Position numbers and translations under genes: made by a program | Part shown: one piece after another, positions 1 to 7,595 of the stretch | Position numbering within the stretch: the first letter of the stretch is position 1 | Layout of the letters: each line of letters starts with the position of its first letter | The notes under the pieces: generated by a model | Told to the model about the DNA's origin: nothing | What the model saw: only the letters and a program-made list of their open reading frames with translations | Databases searched by the model: none | From: an uncultured Chitinophagaceae bacterium | Lineage (GTDB): Bacteria > Bacteroidota > Bacteroidia > Chitinophagales > Chitinophagaceae | NCBI GenBank assembly: GCA_947085245.1 | Contig: CAMTVU010000086.1 | Span: 9,393 to 73,392, forward strand | Direction of reading: 5' to 3' | Length of the DNA: 64,000 nt

Positions 1-111
1 CAATATGGTGAAGCAGATGAGATCATTAATCAAAAAGAGTTTGAACCCATTAAGAAAAAACAGGCTTTTAAAGGGTTGATGAAAAAATATTTTCCAGACG
101 GTAAGTTTTAA
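1..111 (+). CDS. 3' end of an unidentified CDS (partial, enters from window edge)
   Basis: Frame 1 is open from nt 1 to TAA at 109-111 (...KGLMKKYFPDGKF*). Too short to assign a function. Confidence 0.3.
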   Translation, partial: QYGEADEIINQKEFEPIKKKQAFKGLMKKYFPDGKF

Positions 112-250
112 ACTCATGCAGAAAAAGTAATGTTTCAATTCATTCAATTTCAATAAATAAAACAGGCAAAAACGGGTAAAAAGTGGCTGTTCTATTCAGA
201 AAGCTTCAGAGAAAGCAGGATAAAGATTTCAGAAATTAACCGAACCATCC

Positions 251-258
251 TATATTTG
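251..258 (+). promoter_or_regulatory. Candidate Bacteroidota -7 promoter box (TATATTTG) for the tRNA-like/tRNA-Arg unit
   Basis: Matches the TAnnTTTG consensus about 20 nt upstream of 278. A closely similar string (TATATTTGC, then CCGTTAAAA a few nt downstream) recurs at 520-541. Confidence 0.4.
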
Positions 259-277
259 CAACCCGTTAAAACGGAAT

Positions 278-351
278 GGCTGCGTAGCTCAACTGAATAG
301 AGCATCCCGCCTTTGGCGGGAAGGTTTCAGGTTTGAATCCTAACGCAAATT
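278..351 (+). ncRNA. tRNA-like element: degenerate paralog of the adjacent tRNA-Arg, probably non-decoding
   Basis: 5' acceptor strand, D-arm, variable loop and T-loop are identical to the tRNA at 364-437. The anticodon arm is replaced by TCCCGCC-TTT-GGCGGGA (7 bp plus triloop). The T-stem has a C.A mismatch and the 3' acceptor strand CGCAAAT pairs poorly with GGCTGCG. Confidence 0.55.
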
Positions 352-363
352 GATAAAAATAAT

Positions 364-437
364 GGCTGCGTAGCTCAACTGAATAGAGCATCTGACTACG
401 GATCAGAAGGTTTCAGGTTTGAATCCTGACGCGGTCA
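364..437 (+). tRNA. tRNA-Arg (anticodon ACG), no encoded CCA
   Basis: Hand-folded 74-nt cloverleaf: acceptor GGCTGCG/CGCGGTC (two G.U pairs), D-stem GCTC/GAGC, anticodon stem TCTGA/TCAGA with loop CTACGGA, T-stem TCAGG/CCTGA. Unusual A19 with U56 in place of G19:C56. Confidence 0.85.
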
Positions 438-445
438 CAAAAAAA

Positions 446-470
446 CCTCTTACTTGCTAAGAGGTTTTTT
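446..470 (+). terminator. Rho-independent terminator after tRNA-Arg
   Basis: CCTCTTA-CTTGC-TAAGAGG followed by T6. An A-run precedes it, so it could work in both directions. Confidence 0.7.
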
Positions 471-519
471 ATTGCTTTTTGTGCAAACGTTTTCATATCA
501 TTGCCCGCATAAGTTTTAA

Positions 520-527
520 TATATTTG
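520..527 (+). promoter_or_regulatory. Candidate -7 promoter box (TATATTTG) for the 552 CDS
   Basis: TAnnTTTG match about 25 nt upstream of the ATG at 552. Confidence 0.4.
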
Positions 528-551
528 CCACTCCGTTAAAAATCCATCAGC

Positions 552-2480
552 ATGGCAAAAAAGACAGCTCCCATAGACCTCAGCGACAGTTTTGAAAAGA
601 TCCCGACCAAAATTTTTAAATCAGCAAAAGACGGTTCTGCATTTGTTGCACAGCAAATTGCTCATCTCATTAAAACCAAACAGGCCAGCAGGGAAAAATG
701 TGTTTTAGGGCTGGCAACTGGTTCTACTCCCAAATCATTATATGCCGAGCTTGTTCGTTTGCACAAAGAAGAAGGCTTGAGTTTTAAAAATGTAATTGCT
801 TTTAACCTCGATGAATATTACCCCATTGAACAGGATGCCATACAAAGCTATCACCGCTTTATGAAACAACAGTTGTTTGATAAAGTGGATATTGATCAAA
901 ACAATTGTTATATCCCCGATGGAACGGTTGCAAAAGAAAATATCAAACAGCATTGTGCGGCTTACGAACAGAAAATTGCAGATGCAGGCGGCATTGATCT
1001 GCAAATCCTCGGCATTGGTATTAATGGCCACATCGGGTTTAACGAACCGGGCTCCAGCATCTTTACCAAAGCAAGATTAACCACGCTTACCAACTCTACA
1101 CGTTTGGCCAACAGTTATGAGTTTGCCAACATCAGTGCAGTACCCCGCCTGGCAATTACTATGGGTATCGGTACAATTCTCAAAGCAAAGAAAATTATTC
1201 TGATGGCATGGGGGCCCACCAAAGCTCCCGTTATTCAGCATTCAGTTGAAGGTGATGATACAGAACAGGTACCTGCGTCACTTCTGCAAAATCATGATGA
1301 TGTAACATTTGTAATTGATGAAATGGCAGCGGCTGAACTTACCCGTTATAAAAGTCCCTGGCTTACCGGTGAATGTGAGTGGACAGATAAGATGATTAAA
1401 AAAGCTGTGGTGAACATGGCGCTGAAATTAGGCAAACCAATTTTGAGTTTAACCAATACCGATTATAATGAATATGGTTTAAGTGATTTGCTGGTTGAGA
1501 AAGGAGATGCTTATGAAATAAACCTGCAGGTGTATTATATGTTGCGTGACAGTATTACCGGTTGGCCCGGTGGCAAACCCAATGCTGTTAGTCCCAATCA
1601 TCCTGAACGCAGTGTGCCTTACCCAAAAACAGTTCTTCTTTTTTCACCACATCCTGATGATGACATTATTTCCATGGGTGGAACTTTTCAACGCCTGCAT
1701 GATCAGGGACATAAAGTGCATGTGGCGTACCAAACCAGTGGCAACATTGCAGTAACCGATGAGTTTGTTACTCGCTTCATGGATTTTGCTGTAGGCTTTG
1801 AAGAGATGTTTGGTGTTGACAGTAAAAAGTCGGAAAGTATTTTAGCTGAAGCAAGAGGTTATCTTGAAAATAAAAAATCAAACCAGGTTGATACGGCAGA
1901 TATACGCAACATCAAAGGACTGATCAGGAGATGTGAAGCGGCTGCTACCTGCCGTTATGTTGGTTTGAAAGAAGGACAATGGCATTTCCAAAATCTTCCT
2001 TTCTATGAAACGGGAACCATTGAAAAAAGCCCGATGGGAGAGGAAGATGTATTACTTACTACGAAACTGTTGCGTGAAATAAAACCGCAGCAGGTGTATT
2101 GTGCAGGTGATTTTGCCGATCCGCACGGAACACATCTAGTTTGTTTTAACGTGGTATTGGAATCATTGAAGCGTATTAAAGCTGATGGCGATGAGTGGAT
2201 TAACGATTGCTGGCTGTGGTTATACAAAGGTGCCTGGCAGGAGTGGCATGTTGAAGAAATTGAAATGGCTATCCCCATGAGCCCTGAACAGGTGATGAAA
2301 AAACGCTTTGGTATTTTCATTCATCAGTCGCAGAAAGATATGGTCCCTTTCCAGGGTAGTGATAGCCGTGAGTTTTGGCAACGGGCCGAAGAACGCAATG
2401 CTGCAACTGCTGATTTGTATGGCAAGCTTGGCTTAACGCAGTATGCAGCGATGGAAGCATTTGTGAGATGGAAGTATTAA
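552..2480 (+). CDS. nagB: Glucosamine-6-phosphate deaminase (NagB-like) fused to an LmbE/PIG-L-type deacetylase domain
   Basis: N-terminus has GLATGSTP and FNLDEY NagB motifs. C-terminal half has the SPHPDDDIISMGGT PIG-L motif. 642 aa, a length I recall for long Bacteroidota NagB forms. Confidence 0.85.
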   Translation: MAKKTAPIDLSDSFEKIPTKIFKSAKDGSAFVAQQIAHLIKTKQASREKCVLGLATGSTPKSLYAELVRLHKEEGLSFKNVIAFNLDEYYPIEQDAIQSYHRFMKQQLFDKVDIDQNNCYIPDGTVAKENIKQHCAAYEQKIADAGGIDLQILGIGINGHIGFNEPGSSIFTKARLTTLTNSTRLANSYEFANISAVPRLAITMGIGTILKAKKIILMAWGPTKAPVIQHSVEGDDTEQVPASLLQNHDDVTFVIDEMAAAELTRYKSPWLTGECEWTDKMIKKAVVNMALKLGKPILSLTNTDYNEYGLSDLLVEKGDAYEINLQVYYMLRDSITGWPGGKPNAVSPNHPERSVPYPKTVLLFSPHPDDDIISMGGTFQRLHDQGHKVHVAYQTSGNIAVTDEFVTRFMDFAVGFEEMFGVDSKKSESILAEARGYLENKKSNQVDTADIRNIKGLIRRCEAAATCRYVGLKEGQWHFQNLPFYETGTIEKSPMGEEDVLLTTKLLREIKPQQVYCAGDFADPHGTHLVCFNVVLESLKRIKADGDEWINDCWLWLYKGAWQEWHVEEIEMAIPMSPEQVMKKRFGIFIHQSQKDMVPFQGSDSREFWQRAEERNAATADLYGKLGLTQYAAMEAFVRWKY

Positions 2481-2516
2481 GATACACTCCGTCTGACGGC
2501 TAATGGAAGTTGATCA

Positions 2517-2653
2517 GGTGAGGCTGTCTCAAAAGTCGTCATTGCGAACATAGAGAAGCAATCTGCAAAAATTGATCAATTAATAAACAGATAGATTGCT
2601 TCGGTCGTTCCTCCCTCGCAAAGACGTTTAACGACTTTTGAGACAGCCTCACC
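2517..2653. repeat. MITE-like palindromic element (termini GGTGAGGCTGTCTCAAAAGTCGT / ACGACTTTTGAGACAGCCTCACC)
   Basis: Perfect 23-bp terminal inverted repeats. The terminal motif GAGGCTGTYTCAAA is shared with the element at 36855-36987. Confidence 0.7.
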
Positions 2654-2711
2654 TCTTTACAGTAAAAAACTTTGGAGCGAATTTTGATTTAAGTTTGCTA
2701 AAAAATAAGAT

Positions 2712-3101
2712 ATGAAAAAACATATTCTGCTCCTTGCCTTTTTAATTAGTTTATTTCTCCCTTCTGTAAATGTTCATGCATTGATTGTGCCCGTAAATGA
2801 AAATACCGTTACTCAAAAAGCAATTACCGCATTTAACCAGCTTTCAAAGAAAGAAAAGAAACATCGTATCTATGAAGTAAAAAAGCAAGTGAATTTGTTT
2901 AAGAAAAATATGCGTGAAGGAAGAGTGGAAGATGAAAGAACAATCTTACTGGTAATACTGGCTATTCTTTTACCACCATTGGCTGTATATCTTTATGAGA
3001 ATGCAATCACAACCAAATTCTGGATCAGTTTGATTTTAACATTATTATTTTGGGTGCCTGGAGTTATTTATGCTTTGCTGGTGGTGCTGGGTGTAGTATA
3101 A
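2712..3101 (+). CDS. Signal peptide protein with C-terminal YqaE/Pmp3-family proteolipid domain
   Basis: C-terminus ILAILLPPLAVYL...LLFWVPGVIYALLVV resembles the Pmp3/YqaE two-TM motif. N-terminal signal-like segment. Confidence 0.6.
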   Translation: MKKHILLLAFLISLFLPSVNVHALIVPVNENTVTQKAITAFNQLSKKEKKHRIYEVKKQVNLFKKNMREGRVEDERTILLVILAILLPPLAVYLYENAITTKFWISLILTLLFWVPGVIYALLVVLGVV

Positions 3102-3108
3102 ATTGCAA

Positions 3109-3309
3109 TCAACTTTTTTGTTTAATCCCACTTACTATTTTTTCAGTCCGTTTGTCAGCTCTTGCATTGTTTAATGAAACAACTGCCCAAACTGCAGCCG
3201 GTATCCAACCAAGAATAGTTATTTGCAGGATTAAACAAATTATACCCGTAAATATTTTGCCTCTCAGAAAAAAAGAAAGCCAGGGGAGAAGTATTGCAAT
3301 TAAAGTCAT
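3109..3309 (-). CDS. Small two-TM membrane protein (Pmp3/YqaE-like)
   Basis: 66 aa with two hydrophobic helices, ...ILGWIPAAVWAVVSLNNARADKR. Convergent with 2712-3101. Confidence 0.45.
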   Translation of the reverse strand: MTLIAILLPWLSFFLRGKIFTGIICLILQITILGWIPAAVWAVVSLNNARADKRTEKIVSGIKQKS

Positions 3310-3327
3310 TTGTTTATTGTTTAAAAA

Positions 3328-5190
3328 TTATTTTAGAATTCCTTTCAGACTTCCGCTATTGGTAAACAACCTGTCAATCTTCTTCTCAACAGCAGGATCT
3401 TTTTCCACTGCCGGTGCATGGTGCGGCTTTAACCGTGCATCAAATACAACCGGCCCGTTACAACCCCAATGTTTGTGATTGGTAAATGAATCAATACCAT
3501 ACACATCATGACTTGGATTGCATCTTGTATAAGTAACCCATAAATAATTGCGGAGATTGGCAGCGGTGAAAGTACTGTCGTCACAAATAACAATCTGAGC
3601 TACTCCTTTGCTGCGGCTTCGACCTGCAGACTCTTTCCATTGACTATTAACCATTGACCATTGACCATTCAGCATTTCCATTTCTTTTACAGCTTCATCA
3701 TACGTTGTAAACTTCTTTGTCTGCAACGCAATTACTCCCGGCATGCAGAGTTGTGCATTTTCAAACTGCTGTAACTCTTTCAATGCAGCAGGAACTTCCC
3801 TGCATAATTCTCTTTTCTTTTCTCCATACGCAGCAAGCACCAATTTACTTCCGCTGTTTAAACCTGTGCCTGAATAATCTAATGTATCAATGGTGGTGTT
3901 GGTATGAAAGTGCAGATCTCTTGCAAAATCAATCCGTTCAAAAATAAATTCTAAATACTCTTGCACGTTTTGTGTGTGCAATTGATTACTATCATCAGCA
4001 GTAATGAATAAAAATTTCGCCAGGCTCAATTGCCCCGTTCCCAACACATGATTGGCGATGGTTAAAATTTCAGCAGGTTGTTTGGCAGGCATATAAGGTG
4101 TGTAACGTTCACTGCCAATTGCCAGCAATAACGGATGAACTCCTGCTGCATCCACTGCATGTACTTCTTTCAATCCGGGTATTTCCTTTTGAATTGCACT
4201 GCCTGTTAATTCATGAATGAGTTCACCAAAACTGGTATCTTCCTGTGGCGGACGGCCAACAACAGTAAATGGCCAGATGGCATTTTTCTTTGCATACACT
4301 TTGTTCACTTTCATCAACGGAAACGGATGCATTAAACTGTAATAACCGAGATGATCACCAAACGGTCCTTCAGGTTTATTTTGATGCGGATGCGCTTCAC
4401 CCGTAATAATAAAATCAGCATCGGTGCTGATTGCATTTCCCAATTCATTGTATGCATAACGAAATCTTCTTCCACCCAACACTCCTGCAAATATCATTTC
4501 ACTGATGCCTTCGGGCAATGGCATTACTGCACTTAAGGTATGTGATGGTGGTCCGCCAACAAAGCAACTTACCTTCAGCGCTTGTCCTTTGGCGTTGGCT
4601 TTTGTTTGATGGATACCAATGCCACGATGCAACTGATAATGCAATCCAATTTCTTTGTTCAGCTCATATTCATTTCCATTGAGCTGAATACGATACATAC
4701 CCAGGTTTGATTGCATGATGCCGGGCTTATCTGCATCTTCTGTATAAACCTGCGGCAGCGTTACAAATGCGCCGCCATCCATGGGCCAGTGATGAATGAG
4801 TGGCAGATCGCTGATCTTTATTTCATCAAATGAAAACGAAACTTTCTTTTTGGGGAATGCTTTGAGCGCTGCCAATCCGGTGTTGAAATTACGGAACGGA
4901 TGTTTGAGTGCTTTGATGGGATCGCCTTTCAGTTCAATTAATTTTTGAACTAATTTAAAAGTTTCTCTGAAAATAAATTTGCTTCGATCTAATGTGCCGA
5001 AAATATTGGAAGCAGCACGGAAATTTGTTCCTTTTACATTTTCAAAAAGTAGTGCCGGACCTTTTGCTTCATACACACGGAGATGAATAGCTGCCATTTC
5101 AAGATGTGGATCTACTTCTTCTTTGATGCGAACAAGATGACCGTTCTTTTCAAGGTCCAGTAAACATTCTTCCAGTGAGCTGTATGTCAT
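3328..5190 (-). CDS. UbiD-family (prenylated-FMN dependent) decarboxylase, menaquinone/ubiquinone-type
   Basis: 620 aa with UbiD-like blocks (GGPPSHTLSAVMPLPEGISEMIFAGVLGG, LWVTYTRCNPSHDVYG). The UbiX partner is at 37843. Confidence 0.85.
   Translation of the reverse strand: MTYSSLEECLLDLEKNGHLVRIKEEVDPHLEMAAIHLRVYEAKGPALLFENVKGTNFRAASNIFGTLDRSKFIFRETFKLVQKLIELKGDPIKALKHPFRNFNTGLAALKAFPKKKVSFSFDEIKISDLPLIHHWPMDGGAFVTLPQVYTEDADKPGIMQSNLGMYRIQLNGNEYELNKEIGLHYQLHRGIGIHQTKANAKGQALKVSCFVGGPPSHTLSAVMPLPEGISEMIFAGVLGGRRFRYAYNELGNAISTDADFIITGEAHPHQNKPEGPFGDHLGYYSLMHPFPLMKVNKVYAKKNAIWPFTVVGRPPQEDTSFGELIHELTGSAIQKEIPGLKEVHAVDAAGVHPLLLAIGSERYTPYMPAKQPAEILTIANHVLGTGQLSLAKFLFITADDSNQLHTQNVQEYLEFIFERIDFARDLHFHTNTTIDTLDYSGTGLNSGSKLVLAAYGEKKRELCREVPAALKELQQFENAQLCMPGVIALQTKKFTTYDEAVKEMEMLNGQWSMVNSQWKESAGRSRSKGVAQIVICDDSTFTAANLRNYLWVTYTRCNPSHDVYGIDSFTNHKHWGCNGPVVFDARLKPHHAPAVEKDPAVEKKIDRLFTNSGSLKGILK
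3637..3670. repeat. Heptamer tandem repeat (CCATTGA-like, about 4.5 units) inside the UbiD-family ORF
   Basis: CCATTGACTATTAACCATTGACCATTGACCATTC. Encodes NGQWSMVNSQW in frame on the minus strand. Confidence 0.7.
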
Positions 5191-5476
5191 AATATTTATT
5201 CTGTTACAAAAGTAAGGGCGGAACAGTTGATTACCTCACCCTCATTCCCTCTTCCCCCTTCGACTACGCTCAGGATGTCGGGAGGCCAGGCAATCTCTTT
5301 TCAATCGCCATTTGTAATTGAGCATTTCAACTTTGGTACATTTGTCGGGCTTGTTACAAGTGATAAAGTGTAAGATCATATGTTTGGATATGTATGGCAG
5401 CACCGCTCCTTCTCTTTTGGAGAAGGAGTTGGAGGATGAGGCCCTTGCAGGAAAACAAAAAAGAAAATAAATATCA

Positions 5477-5890
5477 ATGAGTTTAAATTTTCCAATAGAA
5501 GTAAAACAAAGTAAAGTAGCAGGTAAAGGTGCATTTGCATTAAAACCAATTCCTGCAAAAAAGAAACTGGGCAATATGGCTGGTGAAATTATCAGTTATC
5601 GTGAAGCACAACGAAGAGTGAAACAACAGAACGGTGCAGCCTTGCTGATGGTGGAATTTGATCAGGAACCCATTGCACTGGATGCAAGCAAGAACAGGAA
5701 TGCACTTTCGTACATCAATCATTCCTGCAATCCCAATACTTATATGCGTCGTGCTTATCAGAAAGTGGAATTTTATTCAAAGCGATCCATTAAAAAAGGA
5801 GAGGAGTTTACCTGTGATTATGGTGAAACACATCATAACGGAAAACTGCCTTGTAAATGCGGAGCGAAAAATTGCAGGGGATTTATTTAA
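5477..5890 (+). CDS. SET-domain protein (putative protein-lysine methyltransferase)
   Basis: NHSCNPN, EEFTCDYG and a post-SET-like CKCGAKNCRG motif. Confidence 0.8.
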   Translation: MSLNFPIEVKQSKVAGKGAFALKPIPAKKKLGNMAGEIISYREAQRRVKQQNGAALLMVEFDQEPIALDASKNRNALSYINHSCNPNTYMRRAYQKVEFYSKRSIKKGEEFTCDYGETHHNGKLPCKCGAKNCRGFI

Positions 5891-5996
5891 GACAGTGTTG
5901 CTGGTTACAGGTTACAAGTTGCTGGTCATGTCAACACCTGTAACAAGAAACTGGTAACCTGTAACCATCTCTCATCTTTCTCCTTAACTTTGAAAC

Positions 5997-6719
5997 ATGA
6001 CCAAACTCTCCGTTAACATCAACAAGTTTGCCACGCTGCGTAACAGCAGGGGTGGAAACAACCCCGATGTACTCAAAGCTGCTATGGATGCACAGCGGTT
6101 TGGTGCAGATGGAGTAACCGTTCATCCACGCCCCGATGAACGTCATATCCGCTATGATGATGTGCGTGCAATAAAAAATATCATTACAACAGAATTTAAT
6201 GTAGAAGGCAATTGCCGTGATCAATCATTTGTTGATTTGGTGCTGGAAGTAAAACCAACCCAGGTAACATTGGTGCCTGACACACTTGGTCAGCTAACCA
6301 GTGATCATGGATGGGATACCATTCAAAACAAGAAATACCTTGTTGATATGGTTGCACTATTTAAAGAGTCGGGCATCCGCACATCTATTTTTATTGATCC
6401 TGAAGTACGGATGATTGAAGGCGCTGCTGAAACCGGAACTGACCGGGTGGAATTATATACCGAATCTTACGCAAAGAATTATGCTGAAGATCCCAGGGAT
6501 GCAATACAGCCTTACCTCGTTGCTGCAACAAAAGCAAGGGCATTGGGGCTGGGTTTGAATGCCGGTCATGATCTCGACTTACAAAACCTTGGCTATTTTG
6601 CAAAGACAATTCCCTGGGTTGATGAAGTTAGCATTGGTCATGCACTGATCTGTGATGCATTGTATTTGGGATATGAAAATGCAGTGCAGTTGTATAAGAG
6701 GCAGTTGATGGGAGAATAA
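5997..6719 (+). CDS. pdxJ: Pyridoxine 5'-phosphate synthase
   Basis: LSVNINKFATLRNSRGGNNPDV...GADGVTVHPRPDERHI are typical PdxJ blocks. 240 aa. Confidence 0.9.
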   Translation: MTKLSVNINKFATLRNSRGGNNPDVLKAAMDAQRFGADGVTVHPRPDERHIRYDDVRAIKNIITTEFNVEGNCRDQSFVDLVLEVKPTQVTLVPDTLGQLTSDHGWDTIQNKKYLVDMVALFKESGIRTSIFIDPEVRMIEGAAETGTDRVELYTESYAKNYAEDPRDAIQPYLVAATKARALGLGLNAGHDLDLQNLGYFAKTIPWVDEVSIGHALICDALYLGYENAVQLYKRQLMGE

Positions 6720-6857
6720 AATCCAAAATCCAAAATCCAAAAAGCAAAAGAGAAGAGATTACTGCAATCGTTCAAACCACGCTGAGGCGTGGGCCGACCG
6801 TAGCAACTGCACCTGAGTGTTGCACCTGTTAATCTCAAATCAAAAATCTTAAATTGC

Positions 6858-7592
6858 TCACCCTCCCGTTTGCCCCGTCCTCACTTTAATTTTTTTCTTG
6901 CCTGCGTTTTTCTTTTCGTACTCTTTTACTTCCTTGGGCTTGGGTTTTTCTTTGGGTTCTTCTTTTTTTACTGTAGTTGAATTCTCTGCATCGCCTTCTT
7001 CTTTTTTAATCATGCCATTGGCAGTGCCGGTGCCATCATCAATTTTACCAAGAATAAAATTTTCTTTCTTTAATATTTTTCCGGTGCCGGGTTCATAAAT
7101 GGTCCACAAACCATGTGCTACCGTTGAGCCTTCCATTTTTACTTCAACCAAGTACACTTTTTTGGGATCGTTTACATCATATACCTCTACTGTTTCTGTT
7201 GGGTTATCAGGATTGCGGGCCAGCCAGCTTTCTTCTCTTACAATATCACCCATAGCATTGAAGTATTGTTGTTTGCCATGTTTATGTCCCCAGCGATAGT
7301 TTTCAATCGCCAGCAAATCGCCCTGCAGTGTGTATGATCTCCACACTCCTTCTTTATTACCATTCTGGTATTCGCCTTCTTCTTCATAACCGGGTTCGCC
7401 TCTTATTTCATCAACACGGTTCACCCATTTGCCCTGTTTCAAACCTTTCACATCGGTGCAGTTAAGTGTATCGCCTTTTGCGCCAATGGTATAGTCTTTG
7501 CATTGTGCCGAACCGCTCATCCAAAAAAAGACAACGGCTACTCCACTTAGCATCAACATTCGTAAGTTTGAAACTGCTTTACTGTACAACAT
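6858..7592 (-). CDS. MORN-variant repeat protein (YwqK-family-like), secreted, Lys/Glu-rich tail
   Basis: Repeated GxWxxYxxxGxLxxExxY/WxxGxxHG pattern. N-terminal signal-like segment. Confidence 0.6.
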   Translation of the reverse strand: MLYSKAVSNLRMLMLSGVAVVFFWMSGSAQCKDYTIGAKGDTLNCTDVKGLKQGKWVNRVDEIRGEPGYEEEGEYQNGNKEGVWRSYTLQGDLLAIENYRWGHKHGKQQYFNAMGDIVREESWLARNPDNPTETVEVYDVNDPKKVYLVEVKMEGSTVAHGLWTIYEPGTGKILKKENFILGKIDDGTGTANGMIKKEEGDAENSTTVKKEEPKEKPKPKEVKEYEKKNAGKKKIKVRTGQTGG

Positions 7593-7595
7593 AAC

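Noticed and set aside
278-437. tRNA-Arg as the attachment site of an integrated genomic island.
   Set aside because: No integrase or mobility genes flank the tRNA. The duplicated unit includes the 5' part of the tRNA rather than only a 3' att-like fragment. The downstream genes are housekeeping.
5242-5574. ORFs 5242-5574 and 5376-5558 (minus strand) between the UbiD-family gene and the SET gene.
   Set aside because: They translate a palindromic spacer element (CCTCACCCTCATTCCCTCTTC ... GGAGAAGGAGTTGGAGGATGAGG) and overlap the SET-gene start. No protein-like features are present.
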